DNA of 58,340 nucleotides from Clostridia bacterium (GCA_045637945.1 JAZUAI010000048.1:1-58340), one strand, 5' to 3'; shown: positions 27,318 to 37,557, counted from the first letter of the stretch. Numbers and translations: made by a program. Notes: generated by a model not told the origin, from the letters alone.

Positions 27318-27539
27318 ATGAGAATTTTAAATTGTATAGCCTGGGTTTTACTTTTAATTGGAGGTATTAACTGGCTACTTGTTGGTGTTGCTTCTTGGGA
27401 TTTAGTTGCAGCAGTTTTTGGTTCACTAAGTGTTTTATCAAGAGTAATTTACATCTTAGTTGGCTTGAGTGCTATTTGGCTTTTAATTTCTCCAATTATG
27501 CACAGAGGCAGAATTTCTCTTTGGAGAGATGTTGACTAA
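27318..27539 (+). CDS. DUF378 family small membrane protein
   Basis: 73 aa with two TM helices. The GGINWLLVGV..WDLVAAVFG pattern is typical of DUF378. An AAGGGGG SD precedes it. Confidence 0.75.
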   Translation: MRILNCIAWVLLLIGGINWLLVGVASWDLVAAVFGSLSVLSRVIYILVGLSAIWLLISPIMHRGRISLWRDVD

Positions 27540-27683
27540 TTTATAAAAAGTTAGTTTATATTTATTCTTTAAAAAACTAAATATTTATAAAAAAAAGAAA
27601 AAGTGGTTTTTTGACTACTTTTTCTCTTTTTTTACTCATTTTTTAATGTTTTTTGCTATTTTTTGGCATTTTTTTGCATTTTT

Positions 27684-29162
27684 CTATAACAAAATACAAA
27701 TGATACCACCCTTACCTTCGTTAACAATTCTGCCCAAAGTTTTTCTCATCTTTTTTTGAGCCTCAATTGGCATTTGAACAATTTTATTATTAAGGCCTTC
27801 GTTTACTAAACTGTGCAAACTTTTGCCAAACATATTTGTTTGCCATAGTCCTTGAGGATTGTTTTCAAACTCTTTAAGCAAATATTTAACTAAGTCTTCT
27901 CCTTGTTGCTCTGTTCCAACAAAAGGGCTGATTTCTGTTTGAACATCAACTTTCATAATATGCAAACTTGGAGCACTTGCTTTTAATCTTACACCATACC
28001 TTGAGCCTTGCTTTACAACTTCTGGCTCTTCAAGTTTCATCTCTTCCATTTTAGGACTAACTACACCATACCCAGTTTCTTCAACTTGGTTTAAGGCCTC
28101 TTTAATTTTGTCATATTCCACTTTTGCATAAGCAAGTTGCTTTAAGTATGCAACAAGTTGGAAATCGCTTGAAATTTCTTGACCACATTGTTTTGATAAA
28201 ACTTTATAAAATAAGTTTGGTTTTGGTTTAATATCTAAATAAACTACACCTTCGCCCATATCAATGTTTTCTAACAAAATAGCTTCAAAATTTTCACTAT
28301 TTTCAAATAAAACAACTTTTGAGTTTAATTCTCCTATTTTATTTGCATTGTTAAGTAGTTTTTTACTTTCTTCTACAATTTCAACAATTAAATCATCTTC
28401 AAAATGTAATGCTTGTAACCATTGAGGCATTTTAACTCTTAACGAATAAATTGGAAACTCTTGTAAAATATTTTGAAAAATACAATCAATATTATCTTCA
28501 GTTAAATTTAAAACATCAACGGGAATAACTGGAACTTCATATTTGCGTTGAAGAGATCCACACAAATTAAAAGTAATTTCACTATCAGGCAATGTTGTAT
28601 TTAAAACAATTACAAAAGGTTTTTTGTTTTCTTTTAATTCTCTAACAGTTTTTTCTTCTGCTTCAACAAAGCAATTTCTATCAAGATCTCCAAAACTTCC
28701 ATCAGTAGTCATTACAACAGCAATTGTTGAGTGCTCAGTTATAACCTTTTTTGTTCCAATTTCTGCTGCTTGCTCAAATGGCAAACTTTCTTCACTCCAA
28801 GGCGTTTTTACTAACCTTGGCTTATTATTTTCTTGCAAACCTTCTGCCCCAGTTACAGAAAAACCAACACAGTCTATCAACTTTATTTTAAGGTCAACAC
28901 TATCGTTAACTCTTATTTTAACAGCTTCTTTAGGGACAAAGTTTGGCTGCGTTGTCATAATAATTTTTCCATCAGCACTTTGTGGTAATTCATCTGCAGT
29001 TCTTGATCTATCATAATCATTGTCTATATTAGGTAAAACCATTTTATTTACAAAGTTTGTTATAAATGAAGATTTACCGCATCTAACAGGGCCAACAACA
29101 CCTAAATAAATATCACCATTTGTTCTTGTTGCAATATCTTCATATACTTTATACGAATTCAT
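27684..29162 (-). CDS. spoIVA: Stage IV sporulation protein A
   Basis: N-terminus is YEDIATRTNGDIYLGVVGPVRCGKSSFI (Walker A), with SpoIVA-like sequence along the full length ending in GGIICILL. The start is set at MNSYKVYEDI (ATG 29162), which has a GGAGGA SD. Confidence 0.93.
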   Translation of the reverse strand: MNSYKVYEDIATRTNGDIYLGVVGPVRCGKSSFITNFVNKMVLPNIDNDYDRSRTADELPQSADGKIIMTTQPNFVPKEAVKIRVNDSVDLKIKLIDCVGFSVTGAEGLQENNKPRLVKTPWSEESLPFEQAAEIGTKKVITEHSTIAVVMTTDGSFGDLDRNCFVEAEEKTVRELKENKKPFVIVLNTTLPDSEITFNLCGSLQRKYEVPVIPVDVLNLTEDNIDCIFQNILQEFPIYSLRVKMPQWLQALHFEDDLIVEIVEESKKLLNNANKIGELNSKVVLFENSENFEAILLENIDMGEGVVYLDIKPKPNLFYKVLSKQCGQEISSDFQLVAYLKQLAYAKVEYDKIKEALNQVEETGYGVVSPKMEEMKLEEPEVVKQGSRYGVRLKASAPSLHIMKVDVQTEISPFVGTEQQGEDLVKYLLKEFENNPQGLWQTNMFGKSLHSLVNEGLNNKIVQMPIEAQKKMRKTLGRIVNEGKGGIICILL

Positions 29163-29234
29163 AATTTTCCTCCAGGTAAAAATTATATATGCTAAAATAT
29201 ATGCAACAATTTGTTTTATTATGATAAATAAAAA

Positions 29235-29267
29235 CAAAAAAAATAGACAAAAAAGTCTATTTTTTTA
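29235..29267. terminator. Intrinsic terminator after plsY
   Basis: Stem AATAGAC/GTCTATT with an A6 loop, flanked by A- and T-runs. Confidence 0.6.
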
Positions 29268-29276
29268 TAAAAACTT

Positions 29277-29984
29277 TTAACCAATCTCTTTTTGTTTAAG
29301 TTCTTCTTTTTTAGATTTTGACAACTTTTTATCTTTAAAATCTTTTAACTTGCCTTTAAAGTTAATTCCATTTTCTTTTCCAACAAGAAGTCTAAAAATA
29401 TTTTGACGGTGAGCAAAAAATACTAAACAGAAAATTGCAAATAATAAACAACTTAAAACAATATTTCCTTGGCCACCTATAAGGCCTAAAGTAGATGCTT
29501 CATAAATAGTAAAGGTTGTTATCATTAAAAAAGATAATAATGAAGCATAATCAAAAATAAGTAAATAAACAATACCTGCAAAGAAAATTACAATACCTAA
29601 AATTGGTTGAACAGCACAAAACATACCATATGTTACTGCAGCACCCTTTCCACCTTTAAATCTGTAAAATACAGGAAAGATATTTCCTACCAAAACAGAT
29701 AATCCTGCTGTAAAAGCACCGATATATGCTGTGTTTCCTGCTTCTGGCCCACCAAATAGGTAAAAACCAACTAATGTAGGAATTATACCTTTTAACATAT
29801 CCAAAACCAAAGTTAGCAAACCAACAACCAAACCTAAGTTTCTTAACATATTCATGGTTCCAGGATTACCACTGCCCGATTTGGAAATATCATATCTTTT
29901 GGCCCTACTGATAATTCTTGCAAAGAAAATATTACCAATTAAATACGAGCCAACTATTAAAACTAAAAATTTCCACCACTCCAT
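29277..29984 (-). CDS. plsY: Glycerol-3-phosphate acyltransferase PlsY (with a Lys-rich C-terminal extension)
   Basis: It has the GSGNPGTMN hallmark and a polytopic membrane body. About 35 extra residues (KGKLKDFKDKKLSKSKKEELKQKEIG) extend beyond the usual length. Confidence 0.9.
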   Translation of the reverse strand: MEWWKFLVLIVGSYLIGNIFFARIISRAKRYDISKSGSGNPGTMNMLRNLGLVVGLLTLVLDMLKGIIPTLVGFYLFGGPEAGNTAYIGAFTAGLSVLVGNIFPVFYRFKGGKGAAVTYGMFCAVQPILGIVIFFAGIVYLLIFDYASLLSFLMITTFTIYEASTLGLIGGQGNIVLSCLLFAIFCLVFFAHRQNIFRLLVGKENGINFKGKLKDFKDKKLSKSKKEELKQKEIG

Positions 29985-29990
29985 ATATAT

Positions 29991-31316
29991 TTACTCATCC
30001 TTTTCTGAACGATTTTTTATTGTTATTTGAATTGGTGTGCCTTGAAAATCAACAGCTTTTCTAATTGTATTTTCAAGGTATCTAAGATACGAAAAGTGCA
30101 TAATAGATTTATCGTTTACAAAAACAACAAAGTTTGGCGGATTTGTGCTTGCTTGTGTTACATAATAAATTTTCAACCTTTGACCATTTTTGCTTGGTGG
30201 TTGTTTTATGTTTATTGCTTCTTGGATAATTTCGTTTAAAACACCAGTTTTAATACGTTTTGATGCATTTTCATAAACAGTTTCAACCAAAGGCATAATT
30301 TTGTTTGCCCTTTGACCTGTAAGCGCTGAAATATATAAAGGTTGGAAATAATCCATAAACTTTAATTCTTCTTGCAACTTTAAATTATATTTGTTTATTG
30401 TTTTATCATCTTTTTCAACCAAATCCCATTTGTTTAAAACAATGATACTTGGCTTTTTTTGTTCGTGAACAAAACCAGCAACTTTAACATCTTGTTCTGT
30501 TATACCACTATCAATGTCAATAACAACTAAAACAACATCAGCTCTTTTAATTGCTTCAATTGACCTTAAAACGCTATATCTTTCAATGCTTGAATCTTCA
30601 ATAGCATTTTTCTTTCTCATACCAGCTGTATCAATCAAAACATAATCTTTGCCATTATATCTAAATGGTGTATCAATTGCATCACGTGTAGTTCCTGCAA
30701 TCGAACTAACAACAAGCCTTTCTTCACCAAGCAACCTATTTGTTAAACTGCTTTTACCAGCATTTGGCTTTCCAACAATAGCAATTTTAATTGCATTTGT
30801 TGGTTCTTTTGTTAGGTTTGCATTTGTTTTTAAACAAGCAACTATTTCATCTAAAACTTCACCCAAGCCTTTTTGTTGTTCAGCTGAAATTGGAAATAAT
30901 CTTTTAATGCCTAAAGAGTAAAAATCATATGAATTTTCAACTTCAAAATTATCAAGTTTGTTTACTACTAAAATTACTGGTTTTTTGCATTTTCTTAAAA
31001 AGTCAGCAACTTGTTTATCCGCGTTTGTTAAGCCAGCTTTTCCGTCAACAAAAAATAAAATTACATCTGCCAAGTCAATTGCAATTTGTGCTTGAGCAAA
31101 AATGTTTTTTTGCATTTCTCCTTGTTCTTCAAAGTCTAACCCACCAGTATCAACCAAAGTAAAATAATGGCCACACCATTCAGCATCACCATAAATTCTA
31201 TCACGTGTTACCCCTGCAATGTCATCAACAATGCTTATTCTTCTACCACAAATTTTGTTAAAAAATGTGCTTTTGCCAACATTTGGCCTGCCAACAATAG
31301 CTACTAATGGTCTCAT
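29991..31316 (-). CDS. der: Ribosome-associated GTPase Der (EngA)
   Basis: It has tandem GTPase domains (GRPNVGKST and GKPNAGKSS, each with DTAG/DTGG and NKxD) plus a KH-like C-terminus. Confidence 0.95.
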   Translation of the reverse strand: MRPLVAIVGRPNVGKSTFFNKICGRRISIVDDIAGVTRDRIYGDAEWCGHYFTLVDTGGLDFEEQGEMQKNIFAQAQIAIDLADVILFFVDGKAGLTNADKQVADFLRKCKKPVILVVNKLDNFEVENSYDFYSLGIKRLFPISAEQQKGLGEVLDEIVACLKTNANLTKEPTNAIKIAIVGKPNAGKSSLTNRLLGEERLVVSSIAGTTRDAIDTPFRYNGKDYVLIDTAGMRKKNAIEDSSIERYSVLRSIEAIKRADVVLVVIDIDSGITEQDVKVAGFVHEQKKPSIIVLNKWDLVEKDDKTINKYNLKLQEELKFMDYFQPLYISALTGQRANKIMPLVETVYENASKRIKTGVLNEIIQEAINIKQPPSKNGQRLKIYYVTQASTNPPNFVVFVNDKSIMHFSYLRYLENTIRKAVDFQGTPIQITIKNRSEKDE

Positions 31317-31463
31317 TTTACCCTTTCCTTTTAATACAAACTAATTTTAACACAAACACATTTTTTTATCAATGATTTATTATTAAACTACTACTATAAA
31401 TTATACATAAACAAAATAAAAATTAAACCTTAAATTTATTTTTTGAAAAGAACTATTTTAATC

Positions 31464-31495
31464 AAAAAAAAGAGAAAATTATTTTTCTCTTTTTT
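31464..31495 (-). terminator. Intrinsic terminator after feoB
   Basis: The minus strand reads AGAGAAAA-ATAA-TTTTCTCT followed by a T-run. It overlaps the feoB stop codon. Confidence 0.65.
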
Positions 31496-33635
31496 AACAT
31501 TTAAAACCTTTTGTAGAACAGTTTGAAAATTGTGAACACCCTTGACATTTTTTCTTCTTAAAGATTGAAAAATATACTGAAACACAAATAAAACAAATAC
31601 TTAATGCAATTAAAATAATTTTAATAAATAGCGACCCTAAATAAATATTGTAAATAACGAAACAAATTAAATATGATATTGAAAATTGAATAAGACACGC
31701 TAAAAGTGTATATTTTAAACCTATTTCTTTTTTAAGCATAGCAATTGTAGAAATGCATGGCATATATAATAAACTAAAAACCATCATAATAACTGCAGTT
31801 ATTGGTGAAAATGAAATTGCATAACTTCCTGATATTAAACTCAAACCAAGTTGTTCATCAAAATTTGTTGAAGACGGGATTTTATTAACAATAGCCATTG
31901 TGCTTACAACCATTTCTTTTGCCATAATACCAACAATTAAACTTACAACAATTCCCCATGAACCTAAACCTATTGGAGAAAATAAAAATGAAAGTGTTTC
32001 TCCGATAACTTGCAAAATACTTTTTGAATTTAAAGACGTTGGAACATATTGAAAATCAAAACTAAAATTTTGTAATATCCAAACTATAACAGAAAAAGAT
32101 AATAGTATCGTTCCAACCTTAACAATAAACTGTTTGCAATTTTCAAATATAAGTTTTGCAACTCTTTTTATACTTGGAAATCTATATGGTGGAAACTCTA
32201 AAATAAAAGACCTTTCTCCACTTTTTAAAACAAATTTATCAAGGAATAAAGAAACTAAAATTCCTATTACAATACTTAACAAATATAACCCAATTATAAC
32301 AAAAATGTTTCCTTTTGAAAAGAATGCACCCCCTATAACGGCGAAAATGGGCAATTTGGCGCTACAGCTCATATATGGACTAATTATTGCGGTTTTAATT
32401 TTTGTGTTTCTATCCTCAATATTTCGCGCCGTTAAAATAGCTGAGGTTGAGCAACCAAAGCTCATTAAAATTGTAAAAACACTTTTACCACTAAGACCAA
32501 TTGAATATAAAATATCTTCAAAACAAAAAGCTAGGCGTGACATATAGCCACTATCTTCAAGAATTGATAAAAATAAAAACAACAAAACTATTTGAGGTAT
32601 AAAACTAAAAAGACCACCCACACTTTCCATTATGCCAACAGAAAATAAACCTATCATCCAACTTGGCGAATTTACATTTATAAGAAAATTTTTAATTGGA
32701 AGACCGACATATTTATCTAATATTAATTTTAAAAAAGAAGAAAGCTGTGCTCCTATTGAAGAAAAAGTTACATAAAAAATTAAAAATAATATGGCAAAAA
32801 AAATTGGAAAAGATAAAAACTTGTTTAATATAATTTTATCAATTTTAAATTTACCATAAATATTTTCTTGTTTTTTTACAATGCAATTAGCCAAAATGTT
32901 TTCAATAAATTCGTATCGCAGTTTACTAATTTCCTGTTTATAATCTTTTTCATTTAAAATCCTTTTTATTTTTTCATCTTGACAAGAGTTTAACTTTAAA
33001 GCTGAAACAATCTTTTCATCTTCTTCTAAAATTTTTATTGCAATAAAATTTTGAGGCAGATTACAGAAATATTTTTGCTCATTATTTAAAATATTTAAAA
33101 TTTCTTGTAAAGGCAACTTTTCAAAATAATTTAACTTAATATTTGTATTGTTTTTTAAACTATCAATTTTTGATTTCAGTTTATTTAAATTTTTTCCATC
33201 GCAAAAAATTGGAAGCCCCAACTTTTCTTGCAATGAATCATAATTTATTATTGTTTCTCTTTTTTTTACTTCCCTAGCAAAATTTATATACAAGCAGGGT
33301 TTTAAACCCATTTCTAAAAGTTGCAAGGTTAAATATAAATTTCTTTGCAAAACATTTGCATCACATACATTTATTATTGTCAGTTCATCTTTATTTTTTA
33401 ATAAATAATCAATTGCGACTTGCTCTTCAAAACTAAAACTCGTTAAACTGTATATTCCTGGCAAATCAATAACATCTGCTTTGTTATTAAATAAATAAGA
33501 ACTTTTTTGCTTTACATCAACCGTTACACCGTGCCAATTTCCTGTATGTTCAAAACTTTTTGTTAGTTTATTAAATATTGTTGTTTTTCCTACATTAGGA
33601 TTGCCAACAAGAGTAAGATTTTTAAACATATTCAT
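31494..33635 (-). CDS. feoB: Ferrous iron transporter FeoB
   Basis: 713 aa. It has the N-terminal G-domain GNPNVGKTT, DLPGIYSL, and a large polytopic permease domain. It overlaps feoA by 4 nt. Confidence 0.93.
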   Translation of the reverse strand: MNMFKNLTLVGNPNVGKTTIFNKLTKSFEHTGNWHGVTVDVKQKSSYLFNNKADVIDLPGIYSLTSFSFEEQVAIDYLLKNKDELTIINVCDANVLQRNLYLTLQLLEMGLKPCLYINFAREVKKRETIINYDSLQEKLGLPIFCDGKNLNKLKSKIDSLKNNTNIKLNYFEKLPLQEILNILNNEQKYFCNLPQNFIAIKILEEDEKIVSALKLNSCQDEKIKRILNEKDYKQEISKLRYEFIENILANCIVKKQENIYGKFKIDKIILNKFLSFPIFFAILFLIFYVTFSSIGAQLSSFLKLILDKYVGLPIKNFLINVNSPSWMIGLFSVGIMESVGGLFSFIPQIVLLFLFLSILEDSGYMSRLAFCFEDILYSIGLSGKSVFTILMSFGCSTSAILTARNIEDRNTKIKTAIISPYMSCSAKLPIFAVIGGAFFSKGNIFVIIGLYLLSIVIGILVSLFLDKFVLKSGERSFILEFPPYRFPSIKRVAKLIFENCKQFIVKVGTILLSFSVIVWILQNFSFDFQYVPTSLNSKSILQVIGETLSFLFSPIGLGSWGIVVSLIVGIMAKEMVVSTMAIVNKIPSSTNFDEQLGLSLISGSYAISFSPITAVIMMVFSLLYMPCISTIAMLKKEIGLKYTLLACLIQFSISYLICFVIYNIYLGSLFIKIILIALSICFICVSVYFSIFKKKKCQGCSQFSNCSTKGFKC

Positions 33636-33865
33636 ATTACTTCCACTATAATATTTGCAACTTCTTTTTTCTTTAATGCCAAAACATAATCTCTTAATTG
33701 CAACAAATAAACACCTTTAAATTGAGATTTTTTAATAATTAAAACATTGCAATTTACAAAGCCCATGTCAAGTAAGCGGCGTTTTATCTTTGTTTGCCCT
33801 AAAACTTTTACAATTTTATAAAAAACATTTTCGTTGCCATATATTAAAGAAAATTGCTTATCCAC
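33632..33865 (-). CDS. feoA: FeoA family protein
   Basis: 77-aa SH3-like FeoA (RRLLDMGF.., ALKKKEVANIIV), translationally coupled to feoB. Confidence 0.85.
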   Translation of the reverse strand: MDKQFSLIYGNENVFYKIVKVLGQTKIKRRLLDMGFVNCNVLIIKKSQFKGVYLLQLRDYVLALKKKEVANIIVEVI

Positions 33866-33916
33866 TATATAAATATATTTATTAAATTTTAATTTTATTA
33901 AGAAAAGATAAATTAA

Positions 33917-33950
33917 GTAAAAAAACTAGAAGAAAAATTCTTCTAGTTTA
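33917..33950 (-). terminator. Intrinsic terminator after nrdR
   Basis: 12-bp stem AAACTAGAAGAA/TTCTTCTAGTTT with a 3-nt loop. The T-run is on the minus strand. Confidence 0.75.
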
Positions 33951-33952
33951 AA

Positions 33953-34399
33953 TTAGTTAACATCATTTAAAAATTTAATAAAGGTTGTAATATCTTTAAA
34001 TTTTCTATAAACAGCAGCAAATCTAACATATGAAATTTCATCTAAAGCTTTTAACCTATCCATAACCATTTCACCAATTTTTGCTGATTTAACTTCTTGC
34101 TCTAATGAATTGCTAATTTGTTTTTCAATATCAGAAATTAAATCATCAATTTGCATCATAGTTACAGGACGTTTTTCACAAGCTTTTATAATACCTCTTT
34201 TAATTTTTTGTGGATCAAAAGTTTGTCTTGAGCCGTCGTTTTTAATAACTAAAATTGGTGTGCTTTCAACCATTTCATAAGTTGTAAACCTTTTACCACA
34301 TTTAAGACACTCTCTTCTACGCCTGATTGAATTTGTATCATCAGTAGATCTTGAATCAATAACTTTGCTATCATGATAACCACAAAAAATGCATTTCAT
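33953..34399 (-). CDS. nrdR: Transcriptional repressor NrdR
   Basis: N-terminus is MKCIFCGYHDSKVIDSR...CLKCGKRFTTYE (zinc ribbon), followed by an ATP-cone. Confidence 0.95.
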   Translation of the reverse strand: MKCIFCGYHDSKVIDSRSTDDTNSIRRRRECLKCGKRFTTYEMVESTPILVIKNDGSRQTFDPQKIKRGIIKACEKRPVTMMQIDDLISDIEKQISNSLEQEVKSAKIGEMVMDRLKALDEISYVRFAAVYRKFKDITTFIKFLNDVN

Positions 34400-34518
34400 A
34401 TAAATTTTTCTCCAATAACTTTTTAATAATAAAATTATATCATTTTTTTATTAAAAAAACAATTGATTTATATGTATACCAAGACTTATAGTATTTGAAT
34501 TAAAAATCAAATAATTTT

Positions 34519-34860
34519 TTAAATCTTTTTTGTTTTTATGTTTTCATCTTCCACTTCATTTTCAGTTAATTCTTCACCCATATCAAAAACTTTTACTGGG
34601 CGCTTTTTCTTTTTTGTTGGCTGATCAACTACCTCAACCAAAATTACATCTTCTCCCACTTTACATATTGAGTGATACGGAATAAATATTTCCTGACACG
34701 GTTTAAAAATATTAAAAAAAGATTTAGAACCCGGAACTACAAGCCCTAAAATTATATTTCTTCTTAAATCAAAAACAATATCACATACATTGCCTAAAAG
34801 TTTGCCAGATAAAACATTTATTACTTCTTTATTTCTTAGTTCAGAAAAAGAGGTTTCCAA
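34519..34860 (-). CDS. ylmC: YlmC/YmxH family sporulation protein (PRC-barrel)
   Basis: 113 aa. The FSELRNKEVINVLSGKLLGNVCDIVFDL..GLVVPG pattern is typical of YlmC/YmxH. Confidence 0.8.
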   Translation of the reverse strand: METSFSELRNKEVINVLSGKLLGNVCDIVFDLRRNIILGLVVPGSKSFFNIFKPCQEIFIPYHSICKVGEDVILVEVVDQPTKKKKRPVKVFDMGEELTENEVEDENIKTKKI

Positions 34861-34985
34861 TTTCGCAATCTTCTCCCTAAAAAGATATTTTTTATATATT
34901 TATGATAAAAATCGCAAAAATAAAACAAAAAAACATTTTTTATTTACTTTAAATTTTGTTTTTTATTTTTTAATTTTCTCTTTTT

Positions 34986-35015
34986 GAATATTCTTAAGCC
35001 TAAAAGGAAAAGATA
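34986..35015 (+). promoter_or_regulatory. Possible forespore (sigma-F/sigma-G type) promoter of sigG
   Basis: GAATA (34986-34990), a 15-nt spacer, then GGAAAAGATA (35006-35015). This is loosely like the forespore consensus G(C/H)ATR-N15-GGnnAnAnTA and is a by-eye match only. Confidence 0.3.
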
Positions 35016-35050
35016 ATTTTAATAGATTTTTATTAAAGGTTGAAACTTAA

Positions 35051-35821
35051 ATGGCAAACAAAGTTGATATTTGTGGAATAAACACTTCTACTTTACCAAA
35101 ATTAAAAGCTAAAGAAATTGCTGAACTTATGAAAAGACAAAAAGCTGGCGACAAAGAAGCACGCCAACTTTTTATTTATTCAAATATGAGACTTGTTTTA
35201 AGCGTTGTTCAAAGGTTTACAACAAAAAAAGATAATGTTGATGATATTTTTCAAGTTGGCTGTGTTGGCCTTATAAAAGCAATGGAAAACTTTGACGAAA
35301 ACTTTAATGTTAAATTTTCAACATATGCTGTTCCTATGATAATTGGAGAAATAAGAAGATTTTTAAGAGACAACTCAAGCGTAAGAGTGAGCAGAAATTT
35401 AAGAGATATTGCATATAGGGCTTTACAAGCTAGAGACAAACTTGCTGAAAACAAACCAGACGACCCAAATATTGATGAAATTGCAAAAGAAGCAGGTTTA
35501 AGTGCAAAAGAAGTTTTAAATGCTCTTGATGCAATATCTGAACCCATTTCTATTTACGAGCCTGTTTATAATGACAACAACGAAGCTATTATGGTTATGG
35601 ACCAAATAAGAGATATAAAAAATGGAAACGAAGAATTTATTGAACACATTGCCCTAAAAGAAGCTCTTGGCAAATTAAATCCACGTGAAAAAGAGATTTT
35701 ATGGCTAAGATATTTTTTAGGAAAAACTCAAGTAGAAATTAGCAACCAAGTTGGAATTTCTCAAGCACAAGTAAGCAGATTAGAAAAAAATGCTTTAGAA
35801 GAAATTAAAAAGAATTTTTAA
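35051..35821 (+). CDS. sigG: Sporulation sigma factor SigG
   Basis: 256 aa. The sequence NKVDICGINTSTLPKLK...NMRLVLSVVQRF...DDIFQVGCVGLIKAMENFD..NVKFSTYAVPMIIGEIRRFLRDNSSVRVSRNLRDIAY closely tracks B. subtilis SigG as I recall it. Confidence 0.88.
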   Translation: MANKVDICGINTSTLPKLKAKEIAELMKRQKAGDKEARQLFIYSNMRLVLSVVQRFTTKKDNVDDIFQVGCVGLIKAMENFDENFNVKFSTYAVPMIIGEIRRFLRDNSSVRVSRNLRDIAYRALQARDKLAENKPDDPNIDEIAKEAGLSAKEVLNALDAISEPISIYEPVYNDNNEAIMVMDQIRDIKNGNEEFIEHIALKEALGKLNPREKEILWLRYFLGKTQVEISNQVGISQAQVSRLEKNALEEIKKNF

Positions 35822-35835
35822 ATTTAAAAATGATT

Positions 35836-35878
35836 TTGCAAAACTCAGTTTATATTTGTTTTTGCAAGATCTTTTTTT
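35836..35878 (+). terminator. Probable sigG terminator embedded in the 3' end of convergent sigE
   Basis: 8-bp stem TTGCAAAA/TTTTGCAA with a 16-nt loop, followed by GATC and T7. The stem is AU-rich, so confidence is moderate. Confidence 0.4.
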
Positions 35879-36582
35879 AATCGTGATAAAATCTTCTTTT
35901 CTATTCTTGAAATATAACTTTGTGAAATACCAAGCATATCTGCAACTTCTTTTTGCGTGCTTTCATCTTCACCTGTTAAGCCAAAACGCAACTCCATAAT
36001 TTTTTGCTCTCGCATATTTAATTTTTTAATTGCTTCCCACAAAATTTTCTTTTCACTTGATCTTTCCATTTCTTTTGTAACATTGTCACCTTCATAAACT
36101 AAAATATCAGCAAGCAAAAGTTCATTTCCGTCTTTATCATAGTTTAAAGGTTCATCAAGGCTAACTTCTCCTAACTGTTTGCTCTTTTTTCTTATATGCA
36201 TCAAAATTTCATTTTCAATACACCTTGAAGCATATGTTGCAAGCTTTATATTTTTATCAACATTAAAAGATTGAACTGCTTTAATAAGACCAATGGCTCC
36301 TACAGAAATTAAATCTTCTAAATCACAACCGGCATTGTCAAATTTCTTAGCAATATAAACAACTAATCGCAAGTTGTGTTCAATAAGCAAATTTTTTGCT
36401 TCCTCATCTTTATTGCCAAGCCTAACAATCAACTCTTGCTCTTCTTCTTGACTTAAAGCAAGAGGCAAAGCTTCACCACCGCAAACATAAGCAACCAATT
36501 TTTCATATGTATCAAATATATTTCTTTTAAAAAACTTTTTAATAAAATACAAAATTTTTTCTTTTATAGATTTTTTATTCAT
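35845..36582 (-). CDS. sigE: Sporulation sigma factor SigE (pro-sigma-E)
   Basis: 245 aa. It has [21 protein letters not shown] (pro-sequence junction), [13 protein letters not shown], and [20 protein letters not shown]. It lies directly downstream of spoIIGA. Confidence 0.92.
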   Translation of the reverse strand: MNKKSIKEKILYFIKKFFKRNIFDTYEKLVAYVCGGEALPLALSQEEEQELIVRLGNKDEEAKNLLIEHNLRLVVYIAKKFDNAGCDLEDLISVGAIGLIKAVQSFNVDKNIKLATYASRCIENEILMHIRKKSKQLGEVSLDEPLNYDKDGNELLLADILVYEGDNVTKEMERSSEKKILWEAIKKLNMREQKIMELRFGLTGEDESTQKEVADMLGISQSYISRIEKKILSRLKKDLAKTNIN

Positions 36583-36597
36583 TTTTCTATCTCCTTT

Positions 36598-37452
36598 TTA
36601 AATTGCAAGAGGATTTAATAATGCTTCAAAATTTTCTTGAGCTAAACCAAAACTTGATACACCTATGAGCGCATTTATTTTTTTATTAGGTTGTCCTTTT
36701 TCACAAACAAAAACTTCAGCTGGTTCAAAAACGAACATTTTTCCATTACCCGAAACTGAACTTACTTGTATATACTTACCTTTTATTTTATGATTTAACT
36801 TTAAAGTTAAGAAGTCTATAATTGACAAATCTTTACCAAAAAACATAAGTAGAGATTTAAAACTAATAATTATTATTGGCAATCCCGTTTGATTATCTTG
36901 AAGTAAATTTTGTGTATCTAAATAGGCTTTTATTTTTTTTGTTTTATTATTTATTTTTAAATGCAATACATAATAGAAAGATGAAAGTTTTTGTTTTTTA
37001 TAAAAAACCTGAATCGCTTTTATCAAAAAATATGTATAAATAGCAATTAAAAATATTATTGCACCTAAACTTATTGGTAAATTGTATTGCATTGTTTGCA
37101 GTGAATAAATTTCTCCACCAAGTAAATAAATAATAAAAAAGCAAAAACCACCAAGCAAAAAAGTAAAAGATAAAAACACAACAAAAAATAAACTTAATGT
37201 TTTAAAACTAAATTTTGGAATTACAATTGAACACATAATAACTCCTGTTAATATTTTTATTAAAGTTATAAAACTTTGGCTAAAATCAAAATAAGTTATA
37301 AAAAAAGATATTGCACAACCAAAAAGCGACGCAAAAAAAGTTTTTATGTATTTATTTTTTAACCTTAAGCTAAACAAACTTAGAGCTAAAATAATAAAAT
37401 TTATAACCGTATTATCAATAATTGCATCTTCTATATAAACAACCATACTCAA
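36598..37452 (-). CDS. spoIIGA: Sigma-E processing peptidase SpoIIGA
   Basis: 284 aa. It has an N-terminal five-TM region and a C-terminal domain with YLDTQNLLQDNQTGLPI (a DTGN-like aspartyl protease motif). Its position between ftsZ and sigE is conserved. Confidence 0.85.
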   Translation of the reverse strand: MSMVVYIEDAIIDNTVINFIILALSLFSLRLKNKYIKTFFASLFGCAISFFITYFDFSQSFITLIKILTGVIMCSIVIPKFSFKTLSLFFVVFLSFTFLLGGFCFFIIYLLGGEIYSLQTMQYNLPISLGAIIFLIAIYTYFLIKAIQVFYKKQKLSSFYYVLHLKINNKTKKIKAYLDTQNLLQDNQTGLPIIIISFKSLLMFFGKDLSIIDFLTLKLNHKIKGKYIQVSSVSGNGKMFVFEPAEVFVCEKGQPNKKINALIGVSSFGLAQENFEALLNPLAI

Positions 37453-37557
37453 AGTTTATATAAAAAACTTTTTTATACCAAATGCAAAAGTTTTGTAATA
37501 AGCAAAAAAAATGACTGGTTTTGATTTAACCAGTCATTTATTGATTTATTTTAAAAA

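Noticed and set aside
29163-29276. Sigma-E-type promoter for spoIVA (a CATATATAAT element upstream of the start).
   Set aside because: The -10-like CATATA is present, but I found no convincing -35 (ATA-type) element at the right spacing. A by-eye call would be unreliable in sequence this AT-rich.
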